In this document: positions 18,518 to 27,175 of the stretch, piece after piece
Numbering within the stretch: the stretch's first letter is position 1
How the letters are laid out: each line of letters starts with the position of its first letter
NCBI GenBank assembly: GCA_030637655.1
Contig: DAOWGI010000072.1
Coordinates: 1 to 55,216, forward strand
Length of the DNA stretch: 55,216 bases
From: a candidate division FCPU426 bacterium
GTDB taxonomy: Bacteria; Oederibacteriota; JAAXVQ01; JAUVAV01
Direction of reading: 5' to 3'
Position numbers and translations under genes: made by a program
Notes under the pieces: generated by a model
What the model was told of the DNA's origin: nothing
What the model saw: the letters and a program-made list of their open reading frames with translations, nothing else
Databases searched by the model: none

Positions 18518-20143
18518 TCATTTAAAAACCACTGAGTCTTTATTGGATTGACCACCTCCTGTCGAAATATTCACATTTTGTGCGCTGACATCCGCAAACG
18601 GCATTTTGATGCTGTTAATCACCACTCCGGTTGCAGAGGTATTCATCGCCGCACCCCCGCTGTTTGAATTTTTCATCACCACGGATCCCAAGTTGGCTGA
18701 GCTGCCGGATCCTACCGCTATGTTGGTCGCCGTGACTCCGGTGACAGCATTCATGATCATGCCGTTGTACTCACTGTCTTCCAGAACCACAGACGCCAAA
18801 TTGGCTTCCACGTCTGATCCCACGGCAATGTTGGTCAAGACCGCGCCGGCTGCCACGTTTATGACAGTTCCATTCAAAGTACTGTCTTCCATTTTGAGTG
18901 CTGTCAGATTGGCGGTTGCTCCCTGGCCGATCGCAATATTGGTCGAAAGTCCGGCAGCATTGGCATTGAGTACACAGCCCATAACCTGGCTGTCTTGCAT
19001 ACTGACCGCGGCCTGATTTGCCTCTACATCGCTGCCAATGGCAATATTGGTCAGCAAACCTGCAGCCTGGACATTGACCACATTACCAATCAATTCGCTG
19101 TCATACATAGAAACTACGGCCTGATTCGCTCTAACCTCATTGCCGATTCCTATATTGGTTACCAATCCCCCTGCCTGGGCATTGACCACATTACCAATCA
19201 ATTCACTCTCATTCATGGACACTGCAGCCTGATTCGCTCTAACCTCATTGCCGATTCCTATATTGGTTACCAATCCCCCTGCCTGGGCATTGACCACATT
19301 ACCAATCAATTCACTCTCATTCATGGACACTGCAGCCTGATTGGCTTTCACCTCATTGCCGATCCCAATATTGGTTAAAAGCCCGCCGGCTTGCGCATTC
19401 ACCACATTACCGGTAAGTGCGCTGTCATCACGCATTTCAACTGCAGCCTGAGCAGCTGACACTTCATTGCCTATACCGAGATTGGTCAAAAAACCGCCTG
19501 CCTGGACATTGACCACATTTCCCGTGATTTGACTGTCTTGAACAATGGTGGAATTCTGATTGGCAGCAATCGATTTTCCGATACCAATGTTTGTAATTAG
19601 ACCGCCAACCTGAGCGTTGATTACATTGCCCTGAACCCGGCTGTTTTGAAAATGCGAGGACGTCTGACGAGCCGATACTTCACTTCCGATTCCAATATTG
19701 GTGATGAGTTTTCCAGTAGAGCTGTTGACCACATTTTGAATTTCGCTGTCATCGAGCATAGTGCTGTTCTGGATGACCTCAATATCATTTCCGATACCAA
19801 CATTGAGCTGCAAATCACCTTGGGCTTGATTGACAATATTCCCCTTAACCTTACTTCCACCCGTTATACTGCTGTGCATAAAATGGGCTTTGGTTTTATT
19901 GCCTACCGCAACATTGATTTGGCTATTGGTCTGATTACTATGAACAATATTCTTTTCTATTTCGCTGTCTTGCACAACAATACTTTCCTTGGATGATTCT
20001 GAATCTTTACCGAGAGCAGCATTGATTTGTTTATCTCTAGAAAATGAATTGATCACATCACCTTTGATCTTGCTCTTAGCTGTCGTAAGTACGGGCATCC
20101 CGGTTATCATAATGATCAGTACAATGATCGTTTGAGTACGCAT
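18518..20143 (-). CDS. Secreted 541-aa repeat protein (13 full plus 1 partial ~36-aa repeats), putative beta-solenoid fibre subunit or nucleator
   Basis: Signal peptide, then repeats of consensus GNVVNAQAGGLxTNIGIGxEVxANQAAVSMxDSEL. N/Q/G/A/V/S-rich, with no Pro within the repeats. Confidence 0.82.
   Translation of the reverse strand: MRTQTIIVLIIMITGMPVLTTAKSKIKGDVINSFSRDKQINAALGKDSESSKESIVVQDSEIEKNIVHSNQTNSQINVAVGNKTKAHFMHSSITGGSKVKGNIVNQAQGDLQLNVGIGNDIEVIQNSTMLDDSEIQNVVNSSTGKLITNIGIGSEVSARQTSSHFQNSRVQGNVINAQVGGLITNIGIGKSIAANQNSTIVQDSQITGNVVNVQAGGFLTNLGIGNEVSAAQAAVEMRDDSALTGNVVNAQAGGLLTNIGIGNEVKANQAAVSMNESELIGNVVNAQAGGLVTNIGIGNEVRANQAAVSMNESELIGNVVNAQAGGLVTNIGIGNEVRANQAVVSMYDSELIGNVVNVQAAGLLTNIAIGSDVEANQAAVSMQDSQVMGCVLNANAAGLSTNIAIGQGATANLTALKMEDSTLNGTVINVAAGAVLTNIAVGSDVEANLASVVLEDSEYNGMIMNAVTGVTATNIAVGSGSSANLGSVVMKNSNSGGAAMNTSATGVVINSIKMPFADVSAQNVNISTGGGQSNKDSVVFK
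19119..19342. repeat. Exact in-frame 108-bp tandem duplication inside the 541-aa repeat gene
   Basis: 19119..19226 equals 19227..19334, and identity runs on to 19342. 108 bp is 36 codons. Confidence 0.9.
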
Positions 20144-20239
20144 GGCATATTCCTTTTTAAGTTTTTATCCTCTTCAAAACCGGTTTAGAAGCTTTACTCT
20201 CATCCACTCTCTTTTTGCTTTCACAGGTACTGATGAAGC

Positions 20240-20282
20240 ACAGAGAACTTTATTTCAGGGAACCTAAAATAAAGTTCTCTGT
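20240..20282 (-). other. 20-bp RNA hairpin between the ECF module and the repeat genes
   Basis: Minus strand ACAGAGAACTTTATTTTAGG-TTC-CCTGAAATAAAGTTCTCTGT. The single mismatch is a U-G wobble only on the minus-strand RNA. Confidence 0.7.
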
Positions 20283-20512
20283 TACAATGTTGCCACCATC
20301 AATCTTACTTGTTCCCATTTCTGTTCCGGATTCTGATCAGGTTTCTCCGAAATTTCAATCAGCTGACTCAGTACGGTATTTCGTTTGGCCATTGCGATCC
20401 ATTGCTTTCCGATTTCCGTCTTTTCCGTGGTTACCGCGTTTTTATAAACCAGTTTGGTAAACAGATGCCAGAATCCCAACAATTCTCTTTTTGCCTGTGA
20501 TTTATAGTTCAT
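20282..20512 (-). CDS. Small hypothetical protein downstream of the ECF sigma factor
   Basis: AAGGAG RBS before ATG 20512 gives 76 aa, helical-looking. No clear TM or HxxxCxxC anti-sigma motif. Confidence 0.5.
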   Translation of the reverse strand: MNYKSQAKRELLGFWHLFTKLVYKNAVTTEKTEIGKQWIAMAKRNTVLSQLIEISEKPDQNPEQKWEQVRLMVATL

Positions 20513-20556
20513 GGCCGCATCTCCTTGGGATAGTGTGTTCATTTCTTTCTCACCAA

Positions 20557-21207
20557 CTAACACGCAATTCTGTACCGCAAGTTCAGTTGACTCTTTGCAC
20601 CGGCAATCAACGCTTCCCGAGGACGGACAAATTGTTCCTGAATCATCCTGGCCATCATTTCTTTTGCGCGCATCAAATGCAGGCCAATGGCTCGCACGGG
20701 TCTGCGCAACAGGCCGGCGGTTTCTTTGTAGGTACGATCTTCCAGATAGGTTTTTTTCACTGCTTCATAATAAATTTCCGGCAACTGCTCAATGACTTCA
20801 TGTAATTGATCTTTTTCTTCATTAAGCACGACTTGTTCTTCCGGATTTGAACTCTTGCAAGGCAGGACTTCTTCTAAGGGCGTGTATTGCTCCGAATTCA
20901 CATAACTTAATTCGCGCAGCTTTTTACGTTTTCTGAACAATTCATTGCATTCATTGATCGCGACACGCTTGATCCACGACCACAATTTAGCTTCTCCGCG
21001 AAAATTAAATATTTTACCTTGTATAAGAATCTTCAAAAACACTTCCTGCGCCACGTCTTGTCCGTCTTCCGGCGAATGTAAATGCCGGCTGCACAAATTA
21101 ACAATGCTCTCGTGATAACGGCCATAAATCTCTTCTCCTGCTGCTGTGTTTCCCTGGCGTAAGTCATTAATTAATTCCTGGTCTGTAAGTTCTTTTAGAT
21201 CTTTCAT
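20557..21207 (-). CDS. ECF-type RNA polymerase sigma-70 factor
   Basis: TDQELI, DGQDVAQEVFLK, FRGEAKLWSWIKRVAIN (region 2) and IEQLPEIYYEAV...TYKETAGLL (region 4). Confidence 0.9.
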   Translation of the reverse strand: MKDLKELTDQELINDLRQGNTAAGEEIYGRYHESIVNLCSRHLHSPEDGQDVAQEVFLKILIQGKIFNFRGEAKLWSWIKRVAINECNELFRKRKKLRELSYVNSEQYTPLEEVLPCKSSNPEEQVVLNEEKDQLHEVIEQLPEIYYEAVKKTYLEDRTYKETAGLLRRPVRAIGLHLMRAKEMMARMIQEQFVRPREALIAGAKSQLNLRYRIAC

Positions 21208-21248
21208 GCTTCACCCCCGGCTTTTTTTAACTGCATGTCTAAGAGTAA

Positions 21249-21265
21249 AGCAAGCTACATGCCAA
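21249..21265 (-). promoter_or_regulatory. Sigma-54 (-24/-12) promoter of the ECF sigma gene
   Basis: Minus strand TTGGCATGTAGCTTGCT: GG and GC separated by exactly 10 nt, about 40 nt upstream of ATG 21207. Confidence 0.8.
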
Positions 21266-21336
21266 TTTCGGTGAACACGATAAGTCCTGTTTTTATTGGG
21301 TTTTCTAATTCAGGAGGTTTACAACGAGGCTTATTG

Positions 21337-21378
21337 TTGATAGGAAATACTATCAAAGTAATAGTAGGAACTAACAAT
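21337..21378. promoter_or_regulatory. Candidate tandem enhancer (bEBP upstream activating) sites
   Basis: Perfect TTGATAG-N6-CTATCAA (21337-21356) plus an adjacent imperfect TAATAG-N6-CTAACA, roughly 100-140 bp upstream of the predicted sigma-54 start. Confidence 0.6.
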
Positions 21379-21551
21379 ATAAAATAAAAGCAAATACGAA
21401 TATCGAAACAAATCAAAAATTTGAAATTCTAAACATCTTTGATCGGATATTTTTCAATTTGGTCTTTTATCACTGTTGTCCAAGTCAGCTGCGTACCGTG
21501 TTATAAGTTGGGGAATGTATCATGTCAGTAAACTGCAGTTAAACAGAGGTT

Positions 21552-21623
21552 GTCATTCCCGAGGGTTTAATCGGGAATCTGGTTTTTTAAACCGTATCCC
21601 CGATACAAGCATTCGGGGATGAC
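21552..21623. repeat. (C)GTC-type double-hairpin palindromic repeat
   Basis: GTCATTCCCGA..TCGGGAATCTGG...ATCCCCGA..TCGGGGATGAC. Same architecture at 45689, 51084 and 53172. Confidence 0.75.
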
Positions 21624-21912
21624 AGGGTGGGATCAGCATTCAGGGATGACAAACAAAAAAACGCATGACTGACCTGTTACAAAAAAACGTTTCAGTGACA
21701 TGATACCTACTAAGTCTGGACAATACCGTAATAATATAATATTCTGGTGAGTAATTATGGAGCCCCACGGGCAAGCCCGTGGTACCCAGAATACCCGGCT
21801 TCGCCGTGGTTATCCGCCCAAGTGGTGGGGGCGACATCACGCCATAGCGGCTTGCGCATTCATCTTAGGCCTTGGCCGGGGTCTTCTGCGAAGGCGGATA
21901 AAGGGTAGGTTT

Positions 21913-23706
21913 ATGAGAATAAAAAATGTTTTTCATCCTGAAATATGGATTCCAGTAGTGCTGTTAATTCTGGGTTCGCTTCCGTTTGTTTTTACCAACC
22001 TGGATTTAGATCTGCAAAAGCTCCTGTACCGCGACGGCTGGTTTCTAGGCAGCCGTCAGCCCTGGTTTGCCTTATACCAGGCTGGGACTTTTCCAGGTCT
22101 GATCCTCGCCGCTTTAGCTCTGGTCGTACTGATCGGCGCCTGGATCTGGCCCAAACTACAATTCCAACGTCGTGCTGCGGCACTGGTTGTGCTTACTCTG
22201 ATTATCGGTCCAGGACTCTTAGTCAACGCGCTCGGCAAAGAATACTGGGGCCGGCCACGGCCGCGCGACGTGGTTGAATTTAATGGTTCACAAAAATTCC
22301 ACCGCATCACTGAACCTGGAGTTCCAGGACGCGGGAAATCCTTTCCCTGCGGACATGCCTCCGTCGGTTTTTTATTTGTCAGCTTATACTTTATTACCAG
22401 AAATAAAAAACTTAAGTGGTCCCTGCTCGGATTGGGGCTGACCTATGGAACACTTATGGGCTTGGGACGTATGACCCAGGGCGCTCATTTTGCTTCGGAT
22501 GTGCTCTGGTCCGGAGGTTTGGTGTATTTAACTGCAGCAGTTTTGCATCATGTGGTGCTCCCTGAAACCAAACCAACGCGTACACTGGCCCAAGAAACAC
22601 CGGATCCCGGAAAAAAAACCATGGCCGGGATGCTCCTGGGTGGTGGATTATGCGCTCTAACTGCCTTCTTTTTACTGGCCACACCCTATTATAAGCAATG
22701 GTCGGATACCATCGCTGCGATTCCCAATATTAAAACCATCACCTTCCGATTCCCTCCCGGCAAGGAGGATATTCATATTATTCATGCTGAGCAGGATGTT
22801 CTGGTCATTGCCAAAGCGGAATTGCGGGGTTTTGGTTTCCCAAAATTGCATTTGTCCGGAGAATTACACAGCCAGGTGCAAGGCACCACCTGCACGGCTT
22901 CACTCTCACTCTCGTTTGACCGCATTACCACTGAACGTTTGGGTATTATTCAATTTTTCATTCGTAAGGATCTGAAACTTATACTACAGCAGGATAACGT
23001 GAATCGTCACATACGCATTGGTAAAAATTCATTGCCCGGACTCTACGGAAAGCTTCAACTTTCAGGTCAAAAAGCAGATTTTGTTTTCCGGCCAATGCGC
23101 GGTTCCCTAATTCAAGGGCCAATCCATTTATCCTCACAGCAAGGAGATATCCGGGTAGTCTGCGAAGAGCTGTATGATCCCGGACCTTTTCTCTGGGATC
23201 TCAAAACAGACTGTGGTACCATTTTAATAGAAACCACGCAACATCAAGCGCCAGTGCAACCTATGCGGCTGCGCGCGCATTCCGATACCGGCGAAGTGGC
23301 GTACCAGGGCATTATTAGTCCGGAATGTGGATTGCACCTGCAATGGGATGCCGGTGCCGGCCGCTCCAGCTTGCATGCCAAAGGACACTGGCAGCCGGAA
23401 GACAATCAGGTAATCGGACCCACCGGTACCGGCAAGCCACATATGAAAATATCGCTCTCAACCGTATCCGGTATCATTGGAATAAAAATCAAGCAAGGTA
23501 AAGGCGACCCGGTTGCTGCCATACCTGCACCCACAGCCGGACCAACGCGAGAATCTGCGTTTGAAATACCGCCTCCTGATCCTACACCCACACAGCCGCC
23601 TTTGGTATGGATTGAAAAAGAATTTATAGGGATACCCAAAAAGAAGCCGGCGCAACCGCGAAGTCCGTTTGAAGTAACGCCCGAAGTCAACCTCAAGACG
23701 AAATAG
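21913..23706 (+). CDS. PAP2-family membrane phosphatase fused to a large C-terminal soluble beta-rich (DUF4097-like) region
   Basis: KEYWGRPRP, SFPCGH and RMTQGAHFASDV motifs with multiple TMs. Start set at ATG 21913 because the upstream extension runs through repeat DNA. Confidence 0.82.
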   Translation: MRIKNVFHPEIWIPVVLLILGSLPFVFTNLDLDLQKLLYRDGWFLGSRQPWFALYQAGTFPGLILAALALVVLIGAWIWPKLQFQRRAAALVVLTLIIGPGLLVNALGKEYWGRPRPRDVVEFNGSQKFHRITEPGVPGRGKSFPCGHASVGFLFVSLYFITRNKKLKWSLLGLGLTYGTLMGLGRMTQGAHFASDVLWSGGLVYLTAAVLHHVVLPETKPTRTLAQETPDPGKKTMAGMLLGGGLCALTAFFLLATPYYKQWSDTIAAIPNIKTITFRFPPGKEDIHIIHAEQDVLVIAKAELRGFGFPKLHLSGELHSQVQGTTCTASLSLSFDRITTERLGIIQFFIRKDLKLILQQDNVNRHIRIGKNSLPGLYGKLQLSGQKADFVFRPMRGSLIQGPIHLSSQQGDIRVVCEELYDPGPFLWDLKTDCGTILIETTQHQAPVQPMRLRAHSDTGEVAYQGIISPECGLHLQWDAGAGRSSLHAKGHWQPEDNQVIGPTGTGKPHMKISLSTVSGIIGIKIKQGKGDPVAAIPAPTAGPTRESAFEIPPPDPTPTQPPLVWIEKEFIGIPKKKPAQPRSPFEVTPEVNLKTK

Positions 23707-23759
23707 TTTGTATCATGTCAGTTATGGTACAATAGTTTTAAACCTCAAAATTCTAATAA

Positions 23760-24665
23760 TCAGTATTGATCCTGCTCTTGTATTTCTTCGGGCAGGTTTG
23801 GTTCAATATGCACCACAATATTCACAAACGCACCAATTTGTTCCCGAATAACATTCTCCACCTGCTGCGCAATGCGATGTCCTTCCACTATGGTTAATTG
23901 CGGAGCAACTAAAATATGAATATCCATATTGATTTCCCGCCCCACTCGTCGCGCTCGTAAACGGTGCCAGGAAGCAACCCCCGGTTGAGCTCTCAGAATC
24001 CGCTCAATTTGTTCACGGGTCTTCTGATCAACACCGGCCTCTCCCAATTCATTCATGCTTTTGACGGCAATTTCACCACCAGTATACGCCACCATTAAAC
24101 CGACAACCATGCCGGCCGCCTGATCTCCATACGGCCAGCCCAGCATAATAGCCAAAGCGCCAAACAAGACGGCTAAGGAAGACAACGCATCTGTCCGATG
24201 ATGCCAGGCATTGGCCATCAACATCATGCTCCCTGTCTTTTTAGCAACCAATCGCGTCATTTGATAACTTCCTTCTTTTAGCAGAACAGAGAGCACAGCT
24301 ACCAATAGAATCCAAATTCCTGCCGGCGGACCGGATTCTGATTGAAATCGCAAGACGGCCTGCCAAATAATCCCCAGACCGGCTGCAATTAAAACACTCG
24401 CGATAAGCAAGGTCATAAGAGTCTCAAATTTACCATGACCAAAGGGATGGGAGGCATCCGCCGGCTTGGATCCGATTTTCACACCCAGCAAAACCAAACC
24501 ATCTGTGGCCAAATCGGATAACGAATGGATCGCATCAGCTACTAAAGCCAACGAGCCTACCAACCAGCCAACCATGAACTTGATACCGGCCAAACTGATA
24601 TTCACTATCATACCAATCCAGGTCACTTGATAAATGGATTTCTGTTCTTGAACAGGTGGTCTCAT
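23760..24665 (-). CDS. Cation diffusion facilitator (FieF-like)
   Basis: SLALVADAIHSLSD, HPFGHGKFE, AWHHRTD, VHIEP. Confidence 0.93.
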   Translation of the reverse strand: MRPPVQEQKSIYQVTWIGMIVNISLAGIKFMVGWLVGSLALVADAIHSLSDLATDGLVLLGVKIGSKPADASHPFGHGKFETLMTLLIASVLIAAGLGIIWQAVLRFQSESGPPAGIWILLVAVLSVLLKEGSYQMTRLVAKKTGSMMLMANAWHHRTDALSSLAVLFGALAIMLGWPYGDQAAGMVVGLMVAYTGGEIAVKSMNELGEAGVDQKTREQIERILRAQPGVASWHRLRARRVGREINMDIHILVAPQLTIVEGHRIAQQVENVIREQIGAFVNIVVHIEPNLPEEIQEQDQY

Positions 24666-24714
24666 GGCACATGCCCTTCTAACGTTTCAAGCTAATAGAG
24701 CCCCACGGTAATCT

Positions 24715-24742
24715 GTAGGGGTTCAAAATTTCTAACCCCTAC
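24715..24742. repeat. GTAG-type REP-like palindrome
   Basis: GTAGGGGTT...AACCCCTAC. Confidence 0.65.
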
Positions 24743-24827
24743 CTCTTCTGCGAAGGCGGATAAAAATATTATAGCAAACAGCGCTTGATTCTCCAAGGCC
24801 GGAGACCGTCAGCACAAAAACCAGATA

Positions 24828-26204
24828 TTATGTAAGCAAGGGTAATAGCTTGGTGGCTAGAGAGAGGATAATCAGAAAACCCATCAGATCAGTAACAGTG
24901 GTGAGTAAGGGGCCGGAGGCAATGGCCGGATCCAGTCGAAAGCGTTTTAAAATCAACGGCAAGACACTTCCCAAACAGACTGAAAGAATGGTATTGAGCC
25001 ATAAACTGATGGCAACCACAACACCAAAATACTGCAGTCCTTTCCATAAATATGCCACCAGACCGATTTCCGCGCCCAATATCAACCCATTAAAAAATCC
25101 AATCCTGGCTTCTTTCCACAGAACTTTCCAGAGATCCTTGTGACTGGTTCTCTCCAGGGCCAGATCACGAATCGAGACAGCCACTGCCTGCATGCCCGAA
25201 ACACCGCTCATATCCGAAATAATCGGCAGAAAAACCGCCAAGGCAATCACAGCTTTAATAGTGTCGGTATAAAACATGATCACCGAAGCAGCGATCAAAT
25301 TAAGGAAAATATTAATGGACAACCACGAGACACGGCGCCGTACTATTTTGAATACCGGCAAAGAACGGGTCTCGTCTGTGGACACACCTTGCAGTTTCAT
25401 CATTTCTTCCGTGGTAATTTCTTGTATCAGTTCCACCACATCATCACCGGTAATGACACCCACCAAACGTTTGGCATGATCCACCACCGGCAGAGCCAGA
25501 TAGCGATTACGGCGAAAGACCTGCGCTACCTCATACTTGTTGGTCGTCACCTCCAAGCTGGTAATATTGGTAATTTTAATATTCTGCAAAAGCTCCTGTG
25601 ATTGACGAGTAACCAGATCACGTAATTGCAAAACACCACTCAAACGTCCCTTGGCATCAAGGGTATAAACATAAGCGGCTCTTTCGTCTCCTACACGCGA
25701 ATATTTTTCACGCAGGGTTTTCACCCCCTGATTCACGGTCAGACTTTCCTTCAGCGCCACAAATTCAGTAGCCATGATTCCACCGGCTGTATCTTCAGGA
25801 TAGGCGATCAAACGCCGCGTCTGGGCCGCGCGCGTTCGCGGCATAGCCGCTAGAATCGCATCGGTTTTTTCTTTGGGCAAGTCCCCCAGTACATCAGCAG
25901 CATCATCGGAATCCATCTGTTCAATAATATCCGAAGCCACTTCCGGATGCAGGGCACTGACCACATCAACCTGCACATTGTCACTCATACGCTCAACAAT
26001 ATCCGCGGCCATGCCGCGGTTAAGCATCTGGAAAAGGGTCAGGCGCTCTTCCTCGCGCAACGAGGCGGTTATTTTCGCCGCGTCCACCGGATGCAAATCA
26101 GCTACCAATTGCTTGGCTGCCCGGGCATCCTCCCCCTTCAGCAACTGTGATAATTCGTAATGGATGGCTTCCATCTTTTTTTGATCCAGTTCAGACACGC
26201 CCAT
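24828..26204 (-). CDS. mgtE: Magnesium transporter MgtE
   Basis: MgtE_N (LHPVD, MDSDDAADVL), YPEDTAGGIM, a CBS pair, and TM region DPAIASGPLLTTVTD. Confidence 0.95.
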   Translation of the reverse strand: MGVSELDQKKMEAIHYELSQLLKGEDARAAKQLVADLHPVDAAKITASLREEERLTLFQMLNRGMAADIVERMSDNVQVDVVSALHPEVASDIIEQMDSDDAADVLGDLPKEKTDAILAAMPRTRAAQTRRLIAYPEDTAGGIMATEFVALKESLTVNQGVKTLREKYSRVGDERAAYVYTLDAKGRLSGVLQLRDLVTRQSQELLQNIKITNITSLEVTTNKYEVAQVFRRNRYLALPVVDHAKRLVGVITGDDVVELIQEITTEEMMKLQGVSTDETRSLPVFKIVRRRVSWLSINIFLNLIAASVIMFYTDTIKAVIALAVFLPIISDMSGVSGMQAVAVSIRDLALERTSHKDLWKVLWKEARIGFFNGLILGAEIGLVAYLWKGLQYFGVVVAISLWLNTILSVCLGSVLPLILKRFRLDPAIASGPLLTTVTDLMGFLIILSLATKLLPLLT

Positions 26205-26224
26205 GGGCTTCTCTCTATCTCATA

Positions 26225-26785
26225 TTAAAATAAGGTTAATTGCTCGCCTGAGGCAGGATAGGTCAATCTTTCTTTCTTAATTTCCAATCCAGGTGTTAAA
26301 ACATGCTCAGCTTTTTGATCCAGTTGGTAATGCACCACACGATACCCGCGAACCGTCAAGGCATCCGCTAAAAATTTCCGGTGGCAGCGTTCCCAACCGG
26401 CCTCAGCACAAAAAACAGCAACTTTTCCAATGGATACCAAAGCCAAGAGACGCATGAGGCCACGTTCGAAATCCTCGGACAACATATGATCCGCGTAAGC
26501 CTGCCAGGCTTTGGGTAAGCCACGATTGGGAGAACGCCGTATTGGTTTACGTCCTTTTCCGCCCAGCGCTTTGATATGATGGTAGGTAATCCCATAGGCC
26601 GGCAAACGTTCTTTAAGTTCATCCTGATTGAAATGCGGCACCTGCTTGGAACGGGGTGCCGTCCGGATATCTACCAGAATTTGAACGTCGGCTTTTCTGA
26701 GCATTTGCACGAACATTTCAAATGCCATATCACTATGCCCGACTGTGGCAATAGTCTGTTTGTTTCGTTTTCCGGATTCCGCCAT
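26225..26785 (-). CDS. DUF488 family protein
   Basis: TVGHS, LVDIRTAPRS, ALGG, CAEAGWERCHR. Confidence 0.88.
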   Translation of the reverse strand: MAESGKRNKQTIATVGHSDMAFEMFVQMLRKADVQILVDIRTAPRSKQVPHFNQDELKERLPAYGITYHHIKALGGKGRKPIRRSPNRGLPKAWQAYADHMLSEDFERGLMRLLALVSIGKVAVFCAEAGWERCHRKFLADALTVRGYRVVHYQLDQKAEHVLTPGLEIKKERLTYPASGEQLTLF

Positions 26786-26858
26786 ATCTTCACCTTAATT
26801 AAGAATTTATTAGTAGTACAGTATCAAATTATCGTGAAATTGAAAAATATAATTTTTC

Positions 26859-27122
26859 TCATTCAAAGCGGTATACTTTTTTTATCGTCTGTTTGACTTC
26901 CCAACGACAACGTAATCCTTTAGGAAACAAGACAATATCTCCGGCCTGTATTTCTACCGCGCCCTGATCTGTATGGACCACGACCTTCCCCGTTTTCACA
27001 TAGGCACGTTCGTCTTGCGGATATTCCCAATCAAAAGTTGAGGGTTCACACTCCCAAGCTGACCAGGAATCAACATCCAAAACCGCTAATTTTTCCGGTG
27101 TTGCTTTTTCGACAGTAATCAT
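26859..27122 (-). CDS. Small cupin (DUF861/Cupin_3)
   Basis: WECEPSTFDWEY...AGDIVLFPKGLRCRWEV. Confidence 0.9.
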   Translation of the reverse strand: MITVEKATPEKLAVLDVDSWSAWECEPSTFDWEYPQDERAYVKTGKVVVHTDQGAVEIQAGDIVLFPKGLRCRWEVKQTIKKVYRFE

Positions 27123-27175
27123 TTTGCACTCTCCTTTCCCGGTTTAAAGGTTTTCGGATCCATGCCATTGCTTGG

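Noticed and set aside
17953-19378. Plus-strand ORFs of 190, 136 and 127 aa with internal repeats
   Set aside because: Antisense shadows of the repeat genes, with no RBS or signal features.
17946-20143. Calling the repeat genes csgA/csgB or fapB/fapC
   Set aside because: Repeat length and consensus differ from curlin (~22 aa, QxGxxN), and there are no Fap-type linkers or FapD/F neighbours, so no symbol was assigned.
20230-20290. Hammerhead ribozyme (CTGATGA followed by a long stem on plus)
   Set aside because: The required GAAA after stem II and the flanking stems are missing.
21757-21912. N-terminal extension of the PAP2 ORF
   Set aside because: It translates palindromic repeat DNA (CCACGGGCAAGCCCGTGG etc.). 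The real start is likely 21913.
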